This document shows positions 1 to 8,094 of a stretch of 44,686 nucleotides of DNA, one piece after another (position 1 is the first letter of the stretch; the number at the start of each line of letters is the position of its first letter). Source of the stretch: a virus (lineage: Duplodnaviria > Caudoviricetes); IMG/VR virus record IMGVR_UViG_3300020045_002994, positions 1 through 44,686 of that record. The stretch is one strand, 5' to 3'. The notes under the pieces are model-generated. The model did not search any database. It was given only the letters and a program-made list of their open reading frames with translations, and was not told where the DNA came from. The translations under genes and the position numbers were made by a program.

Positions 1-121
1 GCTTTTAAAGAATTATCCACTGGACCTTTATAAATCCCAGTATATTTAAACACTTGCTCCGGGCTAGTTCCTGCTTTCAATGCAGCTTCAGCAACCTCAA
101 TCATCTTAGGACTCTTAAGAA
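1..121. repeat. 121-bp terminal direct repeat (copy 1); circular-assembly overlap
   Basis: Bases 1-121 (gcttttaaagaattatcc...ggactcttaagaa) are identical to 44566-44686, and a minus-strand ORF reads through the junction. Confidence 0.95.
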
Positions 122-452
122 CTGCAGCTGCACCAATGATTGCCTTAGTTGCCCCAGTAACCGCACCAGTAGGAGTTAAGGAATTCATTACTGCGGAAGC
201 AGAATCCTCAACTAAACCAGTGGATTTATTCTGGATACCAAAAATATCATTGATGAACTCACTCCCGCCAACTGGCTTCTTTACTAAGCCTTCTCCGATT
301 TCCCGTGTAATTGGTTTACCTTGAAAAACATCTGCAATATTAGCAAATCCACCTAAGGCTACATTGGTTAAATCTACCCCACCACCAATAACTTGGGCGG
401 GTAATTTCTTAGCAGCTTCTAGGAGAGATAAGAATGGATTGGTATCAGCCAT
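1..452 (-). CDS. 5' part of the LPD23-like HExxH metallopeptidase gene (joins 43812..44686 across the circular junction; about 401 aa in total)
   Basis: Translated by hand from ATG at 452 (MADTNPFLSLLEAAKKLPAQ...PVGGSEFI...VLKSPKMIEVAE). It is open with no stop and in frame with the 43812..44669 ORF. Confidence 0.85.
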   Translation of the reverse strand, partial: MADTNPFLSLLEAAKKLPAQVIGGGVDLTNVALGGFANIADVFQGKPITREIGEGLVKKPVGGSEFINDIFGIQNKSTGLVEDSASAVMNSLTPTGAVTGATKAIIGAAAVLKSPKMIEVAEAALKAGTSPEQVFKYTGIYKGPVDNSLK

Positions 453-457
453 ATGTT

Positions 458-1912
458 TTAAAAGCAAGAAGTTTCAAGTTCATCATGCACCCTAAGTTTC
501 CCATGGGATTGTGCTTCAATGATACTATGAGAAAGAATAAGATGCCCATAAAGCTCAATCATTTTTGGAGCGTATGTAAGGCAATCAAGTAATCCATCAG
601 TGTTGTTTGTTTTGAGTGGATTAAATGAGATGATTTGGGAATCACACTGCGGACGACAATCGGGATGGATGACAATTTCTCCGGCAAGGAGACTTTTGAA
701 CATGGAGACAATCCGCGAATTCTTGGATGCGGAGCCAGAATATAACTCAACTGCGTCAACTCCTACAATACCCATTTGCTGTGTGATAAATCCAAACCAA
801 TACAAAAGAGAATATTGGTATGCAGTTGATTCAACACCAATGACGTGGCAACCTTTGCTAAGTGCTATAGTAAGCGCTTCTCGGATAGTTTCACCTGGGG
901 ATAGGCGACCTTCCTTAATTAGCTTACATACAGGTTTGGCATCATGTACTTCAAAATACATAATACTCACTGCATCACTATTGGCTTTGTCATTGGAAGG
1001 ATCAATAATGATGAAGTTACCGGAGTGATATTCGTCACTTTGATAAGCATAGGCTGGGATTTTAGAAAGATCAATGAGGTGATTAACTGTTGCATTCTCA
1101 TCATTCAGGACTTCTGCAAAGAAAATCTCCGGACGGCCAGCGGCTAAGTCATTTAGATATTCTCGCTTCAGTTGCTCAATTGGTTGGAGTTCTTCCCATA
1201 AGGAAGTTCCGTCACTTAAGATCCCACCAGCAATGAACTTAATCCAGTTCGGATTTGTCTTTAGCTTACGCAGGATAGACCATTTCGTGGGGTACATATT
1301 CCCAATGAATACAAATAAACAACCCTCAGGAGATTTGGCTTTCATGGCAGTGCCAACCATGTCAGTTTCGATTTGTTTAGAAATCGTCTCTGATTCAGCA
1401 TCTGCACGAGATTGAATATCATCAAAAATCATAACATCTGGGCGGCTGTTCTTGAGGTTAATTCCTCGAACAGTTGCCACAGTTGCGGCCATTAAGATGA
1501 TATCTCTACCACGAAAGCCAAATTTCTTAAGATCTAATCTATCAACTTCTGCACCAAGATCCCAATTACCAAACACCTTTCGGATGTTTGATTCATTGAG
1601 CATATCAATCACGTCACTGATGATATTATTACCCTTAGATTGATTCTCACAACATACTAGGATGAATTTCTTCTTGGTAAAAAGAATAAAGTAAAGAACC
1701 CCTAATTTAATAAGGGTAGTTTTAGCAAATCCACGTGGGAGGCCTAGAACAATTTGGGAAAAATCTCGTTCTTTGTGGACATAAGTAAGGAGAAATTTCC
1801 AAATTTCGAGGTAGGTAGCTGGGAAGAAGTATTTGAAAATGGTAGGCATGGCAAGAGCGGCTAAGAAATCTAATGAATTTCTTGCCGCCTCTTGTACTTG
1901 ATCTAATGACAT
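458..1912 (-). CDS. terL: terminase large subunit
   Basis: Walker A-like LPRGFAKTT, RGxNxxNxRPDVMIFDDIQ Walker B region, nuclease domain IIIDPS...DAVSI and C-terminal DGLLDCL. The real start may be at 1998 with a frameshift. Confidence 0.9.
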   Translation of the reverse strand: MSLDQVQEAARNSLDFLAALAMPTIFKYFFPATYLEIWKFLLTYVHKERDFSQIVLGLPRGFAKTTLIKLGVLYFILFTKKKFILVCCENQSKGNNIISDVIDMLNESNIRKVFGNWDLGAEVDRLDLKKFGFRGRDIILMAATVATVRGINLKNSRPDVMIFDDIQSRADAESETISKQIETDMVGTAMKAKSPEGCLFVFIGNMYPTKWSILRKLKTNPNWIKFIAGGILSDGTSLWEELQPIEQLKREYLNDLAAGRPEIFFAEVLNDENATVNHLIDLSKIPAYAYQSDEYHSGNFIIIDPSNDKANSDAVSIMYFEVHDAKPVCKLIKEGRLSPGETIREALTIALSKGCHVIGVESTAYQYSLLYWFGFITQQMGIVGVDAVELYSGSASKNSRIVSMFKSLLAGEIVIHPDCRPQCDSQIISFNPLKTNNTDGLLDCLTYAPKMIELYGHLILSHSIIEAQSHGKLRVHDELETSCF

Positions 1913-1994
1913 TCCTACTTCTTTAGTAGGTTCCTCAGGAATAGAGGATGGATGTCTAATAGACCTAATTTAGCTTCCCACTCCGCAGTTGTGG

Positions 1995-2165
1995 TCATTT
2001 TGTAGGTTTACTGGAATCTAGGAAAATCCTCAACGAGAGGAGAACATCCAATGCAGCGGCTTTATTTTTAGCCATGAGGATTTCCTGCTGCTTTTTAGCT
2101 AGATCTAATTCTGTTTTCCTGAGATCAGTTAACTCTTTCAACAATGGGAGAGTTGGGTTGTTCAT
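1995..2165 (-). CDS. small helical hypothetical protein (56 aa, MNNPTLPLLKELTDLRKTELDLAKKQQEIL...)
   Basis: Hand-translated ORF below the 60-aa track cutoff. It fills the terS-terL gap and its stop overlaps the next ATG (ATGA at 1998-1995). Confidence 0.65.
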   Translation of the reverse strand: MNNPTLPLLKELTDLRKTELDLAKKQQEILMAKNKAAALDVLLSLRIFLDSSKPTK

Positions 2166-2694
2166 TGTGCGTAATCCGTGAGGGGATATTAGGGGTTACA
2201 AATTTATCAAGAGAAGAAGAAGCCATGGTTACGAGAGATTTTACAGTACCAGATTCATCATTTGTTGCAATGACTTGATTATTAACATTCATAGTAACTT
2301 GGAACTTATTCAGGATAAGGGTAGGAATGTTTAAGGTAACGGTTTCTGCGCGACCATTCCCTAGATTAGTTCCTTCAATAGCTAAAGTTCTGGGTTTTGC
2401 AGCAGAAATTTTAGCAAGAATAGCAGCGAGTTTCATTGGATCAAAGATCATTCCTAGGGATTTTTCAAGCCGTTCCAGGAGTTTATCTTCCACCCGTTCA
2501 TATGTTGCTAAGCGATCAGTGGTTTTAGTAAGGGATTCATATCTCTTAATAGCAACTGCTTCAGCAAATTCATCCTGGGAAACAAGCTGCGAAATCCGCG
2601 CCGGAGTAACACCAATTGCTGATGCAACCATTTCTGGTGAGTGGCCAGCACCTAATAATGCAAGAGCTCTTTCAGAAGTAGTATTAGTTGCCAT
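2125..2694 (-). CDS. terminase small subunit-like protein with N-terminal HTH
   Basis: N-terminal HTH pattern (ALALLGAGHSPEMVASAIGVTPARISQLV) followed by a helical oligomerisation region; first gene of the late arm, upstream of terL; start taken at ATG 2694. Confidence 0.6.
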   Translation of the reverse strand: MATNTTSERALALLGAGHSPEMVASAIGVTPARISQLVSQDEFAEAVAIKRYESLTKTTDRLATYERVEDKLLERLEKSLGMIFDPMKLAAILAKISAAKPRTLAIEGTNLGNGRAETVTLNIPTLILNKFQVTMNVNNQVIATNDESGTVKSLVTMASSSLDKFVTPNIPSRITHNEQPNSPIVERVN

Positions 2695-2744
2695 GATTGC
2701 TGCAAAAATAAAATGAGGGGAACAGGTTTCCAAGCCGATAAGGA

Positions 2745-2753
2745 ATCATAACA
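2745..2753 (-). promoter_or_regulatory. candidate extended -10 promoter (TGtTATGAT) for the late arm
   Basis: TGn+TATGAT about 50 bp upstream of the terS-like start; only a weak -35. Confidence 0.35.
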
Positions 2754-2865
2754 TAGTTTTGCGTAGTAGGAAAGCCATGGGGTCAGAAAATTTAGTAAAA
2801 TCCTTATGTGCTATTAGGATATACCTCCAGCAAAAACCCAAAAAAGCCCCTACCCCCACCCCTAA

Positions 2866-2963
2866 GTTAGTGAGTGTTTACTTCTATGTGAGTTAGTGCT
2901 TGCTTATGTGTATGTACGTGAGGACTAACTAACTGGTATGGGATAGGTTAGTGAGTGCTTACT
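2866..2963. repeat. GTTAGTGAGTGYTTACT direct repeats (2866-2882, 2947-2963) with a degenerate copy at about 2886-2905
   Basis: Seen directly in the non-coding divergent region next to terS. Confidence 0.7.
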
Positions 2964-2990
2964 ATTGGAGGAAGATATCATATGGTGAGA

Positions 2991-3047
2991 TGACATTTTA
3001 TGTGGTGAGAGTGACAGAATTGGGCGGGTGAATGACAAGGAATGTCA
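2991..3047 (+). promoter_or_regulatory. three phased TGACA boxes; candidate upstream activating sequence for an enhancer-binding protein
   Basis: TGACA at 2991, 3012 and 3033 (21-bp period), each preceded by GGTGA. The third is the palindrome TGACA-N5-TGTCA. They sit about -123 to -67 from the predicted sigma54 start. Confidence 0.6.
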
Positions 3048-3086
3048 CATACATGCAATATAGTGCAGTTTATGGGGTGTTTAAGG

Positions 3087-3103
3087 CTGGCACGCCAATT
3101 GCT
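3087..3103 (+). promoter_or_regulatory. sigma54 (RpoN) -24/-12 promoter
   Basis: CTGGCACGCCAATTGCT is an exact match to YTGGCACGNNNNTTGCW; intergenic, about 50 bp upstream of the GGAG RBS and ATG 3156. Confidence 0.8.
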
Positions 3104-3155
3104 TACTTATTGGTTGCCTCAACCCTGTTTGTTTAACTTAATTGGAGATATTCAA

Positions 3156-3848
3156 ATGTCACAGTTTCCCGGTCAACATCTTGTCACCGCATTCGTTTCA
3201 GGCCAATCCAAAGCACTCCCGAACAATCGCTTGGCAAAAGTAGGTTACAAAGAAACCAAAGCAATGATTGCGAAGGGTAAGAAAGCCCCACAATCTGTGT
3301 GTGTATCCATTCCATTCGTGGATGCAGAGAGGTTCACGGAGGAAGAAGTTTTCGCAAGTCTGGTGCCACACATTCAGAATCTTCTGGCAAATGCGCAAGA
3401 TGGGATCATTCGGCAGTTGTATGAGTCTGCGAAGTTTTCCCTGAGTGCAGTAACGGATGAAGAAATCAGCATCGAGCGTTGCATTGCTTTCCTGAATGAG
3501 CAAGAAACCGGCGGCCGTCTCACCATTGAATCAGTCAAAGCATGGTTCACGGATGAAATGGCAGCGATTCTGGCTGATTATGCAGGGAAGATGCTTGCAC
3601 CGAAGTTTCAGGGTGTTGAACTGGAAACCAAAGTCGGGCAAGTACTGAATGGTTATCAGGGGATGTTCACTGCATTGAGTGGTGGGAAGACTTACTATCC
3701 CGCTGATAAGAGGAAGAATCTTCTGGATGCACTCGCATTGACCAATGATGATGATGAAGTGGCAGGTAAGCTTGCTGCTAGGTTGCAAGCGATGGAGAAA
3801 CAAGATGCAGTTGTGGCTGAGACTGCACTGATTGACTTCGGAGTCTAA
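3156..3848 (+). CDS. first early protein, unknown function (230 aa)
   Basis: GGAGA RBS then ATG 3156; codon usage rich in ctg/aag, unlike its AT-rich neighbours; ends in ...LIDFGV. Confidence 0.85.
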   Translation: MSQFPGQHLVTAFVSGQSKALPNNRLAKVGYKETKAMIAKGKKAPQSVCVSIPFVDAERFTEEEVFASLVPHIQNLLANAQDGIIRQLYESAKFSLSAVTDEEISIERCIAFLNEQETGGRLTIESVKAWFTDEMAAILADYAGKMLAPKFQGVELETKVGQVLNGYQGMFTALSGGKTYYPADKRKNLLDALALTNDDDEVAGKLAARLQAMEKQDAVVAETALIDFGV

Positions 3849-3897
3849 GATACTAGATACCATGCACCTAGGAAACTGGGTGTATTAATCTAATATC
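3849..3897 (+). other. long interrupted RNA hairpin with GAAA tetraloop (RNase III-site-like)
   Basis: ATGCACCTAG-GAAA-CTGGGTGTAT inner stem with G:U pairs; outer stem GATACTAGAT/ATCTAATATC; no U-tract. Confidence 0.6.
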
Positions 3898-4207
3898 CTG
3901 TATGACCAGTGTCACACTAACCACTATACCAAAATCCATTGTGACATTGCCATGCCTTCTATGCCCCCTTGAGGGTATGGATAGGAATACTAGCTACTAG
4001 CATATTACTTATGTATAGGGTATGAGATAATATAGGAGGTATTAGATTAGGGTATGTATTGAATTATTAATTTTGAACTAACCCATAAAAATACCGTAAG
4101 AGGTAGTCTTTACCTAATATACCCTATACTTCCTTCTATACTCCTACGGAGTTATTCATATGCTATGGATATAATATAAGGAGATTAGATTCCTAATGGG
4201 CAGGGGC

Positions 4208-4237
4208 TTGACACCAATCCTAAGGCTATGGCACACT
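4208..4237 (+). promoter_or_regulatory. sigma70-type promoter
   Basis: TTGACA-N18-CACACT with TG at the extended position; same GGGG(T)GCTTGACA layout as the promoter at 10058. Confidence 0.6.
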
Positions 4238-4294
4238 GGATTTTGTCTTGGTGTCTCCAGCGACACTTTTCCACCCCATCAGGAATCTAATTTC

Positions 4295-4717
4295 ATGTTT
4301 AAATCAATTCAAACACAAACAAGGGATATGAATCGACCTAGCTTTTCTAACCAAGAAATCCTAGACATGCATACTATCCTAGAACAGTATCTCCCAGGGC
4401 ATAGTGCAACAACTAAGATTACCTTATGTAAGCTTAAAATTCTTGCTGGTATAGCTAAGCCTGCCTATGTGGCGAAAGTTAAACCTACAATGGCACAAAA
4501 TCTAGGATTGGAGGATTCTCCAACTGAAATTAATACTCCATCAATGAAGAAACTCATTGCCTATGATCTTTATATGAAGAATAGGGTTAAGGAATCCGTG
4601 GATGAGAATACATATGAGTTAGCTCTTACCTACATGAGTGGGGAAAAGATTCATATGAATCAGGAAGAGCTGGATGCTTGGAATAAGATCATGAATAAAG
4701 CAATGAGTGGCTTTTAA
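4295..4717 (+). CDS. hypothetical early protein (140 aa)
   Basis: AGGA RBS and ATG 4295 downstream of the sigma70 promoter. Confidence 0.7.
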   Translation: MFKSIQTQTRDMNRPSFSNQEILDMHTILEQYLPGHSATTKITLCKLKILAGIAKPAYVAKVKPTMAQNLGLEDSPTEINTPSMKKLIAYDLYMKNRVKESVDENTYELALTYMSGEKIHMNQEELDAWNKIMNKAMSGF

Positions 4718-4719
4718 TC

Positions 4720-4902
4720 ATGGCCACACAATTATCTCATACAGTAGGGCTTTTAATAGAAGCCATTGATTGTTATATTAAGTCACTGGGAATGCAGATT
4801 GTAGCAAGAAAAGATGATATTGATAGAACTGAGTTAAGTATCTTGCACGACAAAATAGCTTATCTCAAAGAAATCAAAGAGAAATTAATCAATAACCAAT
4901 AG
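4720..4902 (+). CDS. small hypothetical early protein
   Basis: Closely packed ORF in the early operon. Confidence 0.6.
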   Translation: MATQLSHTVGLLIEAIDCYIKSLGMQIVARKDDIDRTELSILHDKIAYLKEIKEKLINNQ

Positions 4903-4913
4903 GAAAAACCAAC

Positions 4914-5141
4914 ATGAGTATTCGTTATTCCCTTCTAAAACTTTTCCTCATTCTAATCTGTGCATTCCTGTATGCCAGCCTCTTAGTTGGTTGTGGTGGT
5001 TCAGATGATTCAGAGGATTCTCCCACTGAACTAACAAAGGAAGATGTTGCAGACATGGCATTGGATGAATGGAATAAGATTCCCTCAATCAAATGCATCA
5101 CTGATACTGATGTTGAAACAAATAAGGAGTGTGTGAAATGA
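4914..5141 (+). CDS. small predicted lipoprotein
   Basis: Basic N-terminus, hydrophobic stretch, lipobox LVGC; AGGA RBS. Confidence 0.65.
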   Translation: MSIRYSLLKLFLILICAFLYASLLVGCGGSDDSEDSPTELTKEDVADMALDEWNKIPSIKCITDTDVETNKECVK

Positions 5142-5362
5142 ATCAAGTTTCCAATGATCCCATTGCCAAATACTATCCAATTTGGATTGAGAATTGCAAG
5201 GCATCCATTCAACAGCTCTCAAATGAAACTGAATGGAATGATTTTCTCATTCAACACAATACACCACCTTTGACAAAACCACAGTTTGAAGAGAAGATTC
5301 AACACTACAGAGAATCCATTCTTAGGTATGAAGCTGCCTTTAAGAAAGCAATGGGAGAATAA
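5138..5362 (+). CDS. hypothetical early protein
   Basis: AAGGAG RBS; ATGA overlap with the previous gene. Confidence 0.6.
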   Translation: MNQVSNDPIAKYYPIWIENCKASIQQLSNETEWNDFLIQHNTPPLTKPQFEEKIQHYRESILRYEAAFKKAMGE

Positions 5363-5365
5363 AGC

Positions 5366-5527
5366 ATGGTACAAGTAACCACTAGTGTTTTTGCTATAGG
5401 ATATATTGAATCCTACAAAGCATTTAAGGAATGCCTGGAACAAGGTAGGGATATGGCATTCACATGGTATTGGTATGAACTAATGGAATGTTCCCAAGCC
5501 AAATTAAGCGAAGCGGCCGTCGGCTAA
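5366..5527 (+). CDS. small hypothetical protein (53 aa, MVQVTTSVFAIGYIESY...)
   Basis: Hand-translated; GGAG RBS; fills the gap in the operon. Confidence 0.5.
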   Translation: MVQVTTSVFAIGYIESYKAFKECLEQGRDMAFTWYWYELMECSQAKLSEAAVG

Positions 5528-5590
5528 ACCGTTACTTTCTAATATCCATACTTTAAAACTGTGGATATTGTAGATTACCGGAGAGTCAAT

Positions 5591-5773
5591 ATGAATGATC
5601 CAACTCATTTCCCATATCACTTAAATCTATCCAAGCAAATCCCCCAATGGTTTCAATTCATCTCCGTAACTAAGGAAATCATTCCAGTTCAATATCCAAT
5701 GTTCATAGACCTAGGAGATTCAGTTAAGGCTTTTAAAACACTGAATGATCCTATTTTCAATCAACCCGCATAA
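5591..5773 (+). CDS. small hypothetical protein
   Basis: GGAG RBS before ATG 5591. Confidence 0.5.
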   Translation: MNDPTHFPYHLNLSKQIPQWFQFISVTKEIIPVQYPMFIDLGDSVKAFKTLNDPIFNQPA

Positions 5774-5779
5774 TATATC

Positions 5780-5974
5780 ATGATGATTCTCAAATTCCTT
5801 CGTCCTGCTACTCTTCCATTTCTTGCAGCCTACAGTATCTGGCATGCAAGTTGGGAAGACCTTAGTGAAGATTATTCCTGTGGAGAATTTCTTATCACTG
5901 ATGATTTTGGTAATCTTGTCAAATGCTCCCCTGTGAATCTTGGTTGTGTTATTCAGAAGTATCAATTTCATTAA
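5780..5974 (+). CDS. small hypothetical protein
   Basis: Closely packed ORF on the operon strand. Confidence 0.5.
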   Translation: MMILKFLRPATLPFLAAYSIWHASWEDLSEDYSCGEFLITDDFGNLVKCSPVNLGCVIQKYQFH

Positions 5975-6003
5975 CATAATGGAGCCCACCGCGGCTTAAT
6001 TCT

Positions 6004-6270
6004 ATGAAACTCATTTTCTCCCTTAATCCATTCGCATGGGCATGTTTTCAAGAACCTACTCTAGATGATACAATTGATGCAGCCCTAGAATCTCTAGAAT
6101 TCCAACAACTCACCCTTATCCAAGAATTAGAGGATAAATATTGTGCACTTACAGCAGTCCAGAATAAAATCACTTCGATCAAAGCATACAGAGAAGCTTT
6201 TGAAGAGGCCAAAACATCAAGCGAGAAACAAACTGGAAAACCCCACTTCCTGGGAATCATTGGAAAATAA
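6004..6270 (+). CDS. hypothetical coiled-coil protein
   Basis: ORF on the operon strand with a heptad-like helical middle. Confidence 0.55.
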   Translation: MKLIFSLNPFAWACFQEPTLDDTIDAALESLEFQQLTLIQELEDKYCALTAVQNKITSIKAYREAFEEAKTSSEKQTGKPHFLGIIGK

Positions 6271-6286
6271 CAAACCAAGGATATCT

Positions 6287-6517
6287 ATGAATGCCTATAC
6301 ATATGATCTTTTATCCCTCCCACCTAATAGGATTGAAACAGCTCTTGAATTAATCTTATTCGGGAAACTCAATCATAGGTTTTACTCAGAAATAAATATT
6401 CCAATCCCAGGAAATGCAAGTATTCAAGTATGGTGGGATTATGTTTCTTTGTTAGTGTGTTTCCTAGCAACAATGAATCAGGAGGACATGGATGAATTCA
6501 TTGCATCCTTTCAATAG
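6287..6517 (+). CDS. hypothetical protein
   Basis: AAGGA RBS and ATG 6287 inside track ORF 6143..6517. Confidence 0.55.
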   Translation: MNAYTYDLLSLPPNRIETALELILFGKLNHRFYSEINIPIPGNASIQVWWDYVSLLVCFLATMNQEDMDEFIASFQ

Positions 6518-6674
6518 TCCTAGGTCTGCCTCGAATGAATACAAATGGGGCAGATTCCTAGAATTTCATAGAATATTCAAAGAAGCAGCTCATGCATGGA
6601 ATTATGGTTCATACCGCGCCAAATTAATCCATGATGATTTTTATTCAATGTATAACATGGGGTCAGAATTATGA
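6492..6674 (+). CDS. small hypothetical protein
   Basis: GGAGG upstream; ATGA coupling to the next gene. Confidence 0.45.
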   Translation: MNSLHPFNSPRSASNEYKWGRFLEFHRIFKEAAHAWNYGSYRAKLIHDDFYSMYNMGSEL

Positions 6675-6874
6675 AAGCACATGAAAAACTTTGGAATTGT
6701 GGTATTGCAGAATCAAAGCCAAAAGAATGGCTATTTGAAAGAACCACAACTTATGAAGAATTTGATGAACTTAACTCTACAATGCAAACAATACTTGCAG
6801 ATGAACTTCTAGAAGTTCGTGGCATGTTCTGTATGTTTGCAGCCCTAATGTTCGGTGGAACACTTGAGGTATAA
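6671..6874 (+). CDS. small hypothetical protein
   Basis: ATGA overlap; closely packed. Confidence 0.55.
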   Translation: MKAHEKLWNCGIAESKPKEWLFERTTTYEEFDELNSTMQTILADELLEVRGMFCMFAALMFGGTLEV

Positions 6875-6877
6875 TTT

Positions 6878-7891
6878 ATGAAAGTTCAATGTTCTATATC
6901 CAATATAGAATTCAATGTCGAACACTTCCCAGCTACCTTATTCTCACGTGAAGTAGCTCACCCAATCTTTCATCTACCCCAGAAGAAACTCCTAGGTTTT
7001 CTTCATAAATGGGGTGCAGGAGAATTAACTAGTACTGATTCTTACCTCTTGTTTCTCGCAATATTGAATAGTAGTGAACTAGTTCAATTCCGTGTTCCCG
7101 TATTCAGGAATGAAAAGACAGATTCCCTAGTCGCCCTGAACATGGAGATTCTTTCCAAGGCTGTGATTAAACTAAACACAGTAGCTACCCCATCTTTTAC
7201 ATTCCCATCCTTCGCAATCACAACTGAAACTAGATTCCTTGAGAACATTCCTCATTGGATTCAAGCATGGGAAGATGCATACAAAGACTTCCTTGATGGG
7301 TATAAATCAGCCCATGAGAATCAGAAACTCATTAAGCGTGAGTTAGCTCTTGAACGTCTAATTAAGAATCCATATAAAGCAATCCATTCCTATGCAGGGC
7401 AAATTGCAGAGTGGGCCGCACTAGCTGGAGAATTTCCATCCTACCTCACAATTTCCCCGTTCAATGGAATGCAAACTCCAATGGCGGAATATTGGAAAGC
7501 AATCATCATCAAAGCTGCCAGTCCTGATGGTAATATATTCCAAATCCCAAGGGTGGATCTAGAAGATCTTATTGAACATTGTGAATGTAATGTTCCAATA
7601 GGTAATATCTATGCTCATGCTCTATTCAAGATCCTAAGAGGATGCAGGGATAAGCAGAAGGATTTCCTAGGATTAGATAATTCTTATATCACTCCAATGA
7701 GTGGTGTTGGTGGATTTGAAATCCTAACTCCAGAACATGCACAAATTAAACTGATGATTGATTCTGCACCAGCAACTAAGCCGGTGAAATCAGATTATCC
7801 TAAACTCATTGACTTCCTTAGAGCAGATGCTAGATGGAATATGAAAGCTGCTTTGGAAGAAGAACTTAGAAAGAACGGAGGTAATTTGTGA
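6878..7891 (+). CDS. hypothetical protein (337 aa) upstream of the helicase
   Basis: Long ORF with GAGGT RBS; no motif I recognise. Confidence 0.8.
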   Translation: MKVQCSISNIEFNVEHFPATLFSREVAHPIFHLPQKKLLGFLHKWGAGELTSTDSYLLFLAILNSSELVQFRVPVFRNEKTDSLVALNMEILSKAVIKLNTVATPSFTFPSFAITTETRFLENIPHWIQAWEDAYKDFLDGYKSAHENQKLIKRELALERLIKNPYKAIHSYAGQIAEWAALAGEFPSYLTISPFNGMQTPMAEYWKAIIIKAASPDGNIFQIPRVDLEDLIEHCECNVPIGNIYAHALFKILRGCRDKQKDFLGLDNSYITPMSGVGGFEILTPEHAQIKLMIDSAPATKPVKSDYPKLIDFLRADARWNMKAALEEELRKNGGNL

Positions 7892-8094
7892 ATACTTTTC
7901 CCCCAAGATATGTCCCAAAGAAAGTATTAACAATTGCAGAGACAATTGCATATCTTCAACAATTCCCCCAAGATGCAAAACTCGTTGTAACCTGGGAAGG
8001 AACCCATCACGGTTTATTTGCTGGTGAATTCTTTCCAGCAGAAAACATTCTTGAATTTGATGTAGAGCACGAAGATTGGTACGGATACAAATGA
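7888..8094 (+). CDS. small hypothetical protein
   Basis: GGAGGT RBS, GTG start; LTIAETIAYLQQFPQDAKLV resembles a common small phage protein N-terminus. Confidence 0.6.
   Translation: MNTFPPRYVPKKVLTIAETIAYLQQFPQDAKLVVTWEGTHHGLFAGEFFPAENILEFDVEHEDWYGYK

Noticed and set aside
1-121. 121-bp terminal repeat as a biological direct terminal repeat
   Set aside because: It falls in the middle of a gene and looks like an assembler k-mer overlap. Physical ends are more likely near 2800-3000.
2866-3047. Short repeats as a mini CRISPR array next to a Cas4-like gene
   Set aside because: The repeats are under 20 bp, degenerate and lack regular unique spacers. The PD-(D/E)XK nuclease is 9 kb away in a normal recombination module.
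3054-3067. TGCAATATAGTGCA as an NtrC site
   Set aside because: Only one half matches the 17-bp TGCACY-N5-TGGTGCA palindrome, and it lies too close to the -24 element.
4229-4246. TGGCACACTGGATTTTGT as a second sigma54 promoter
   Set aside because: There is no TTGC at -12. The sequence is better explained as the TG-extended -10 of the TTGACA promoter at 4208.
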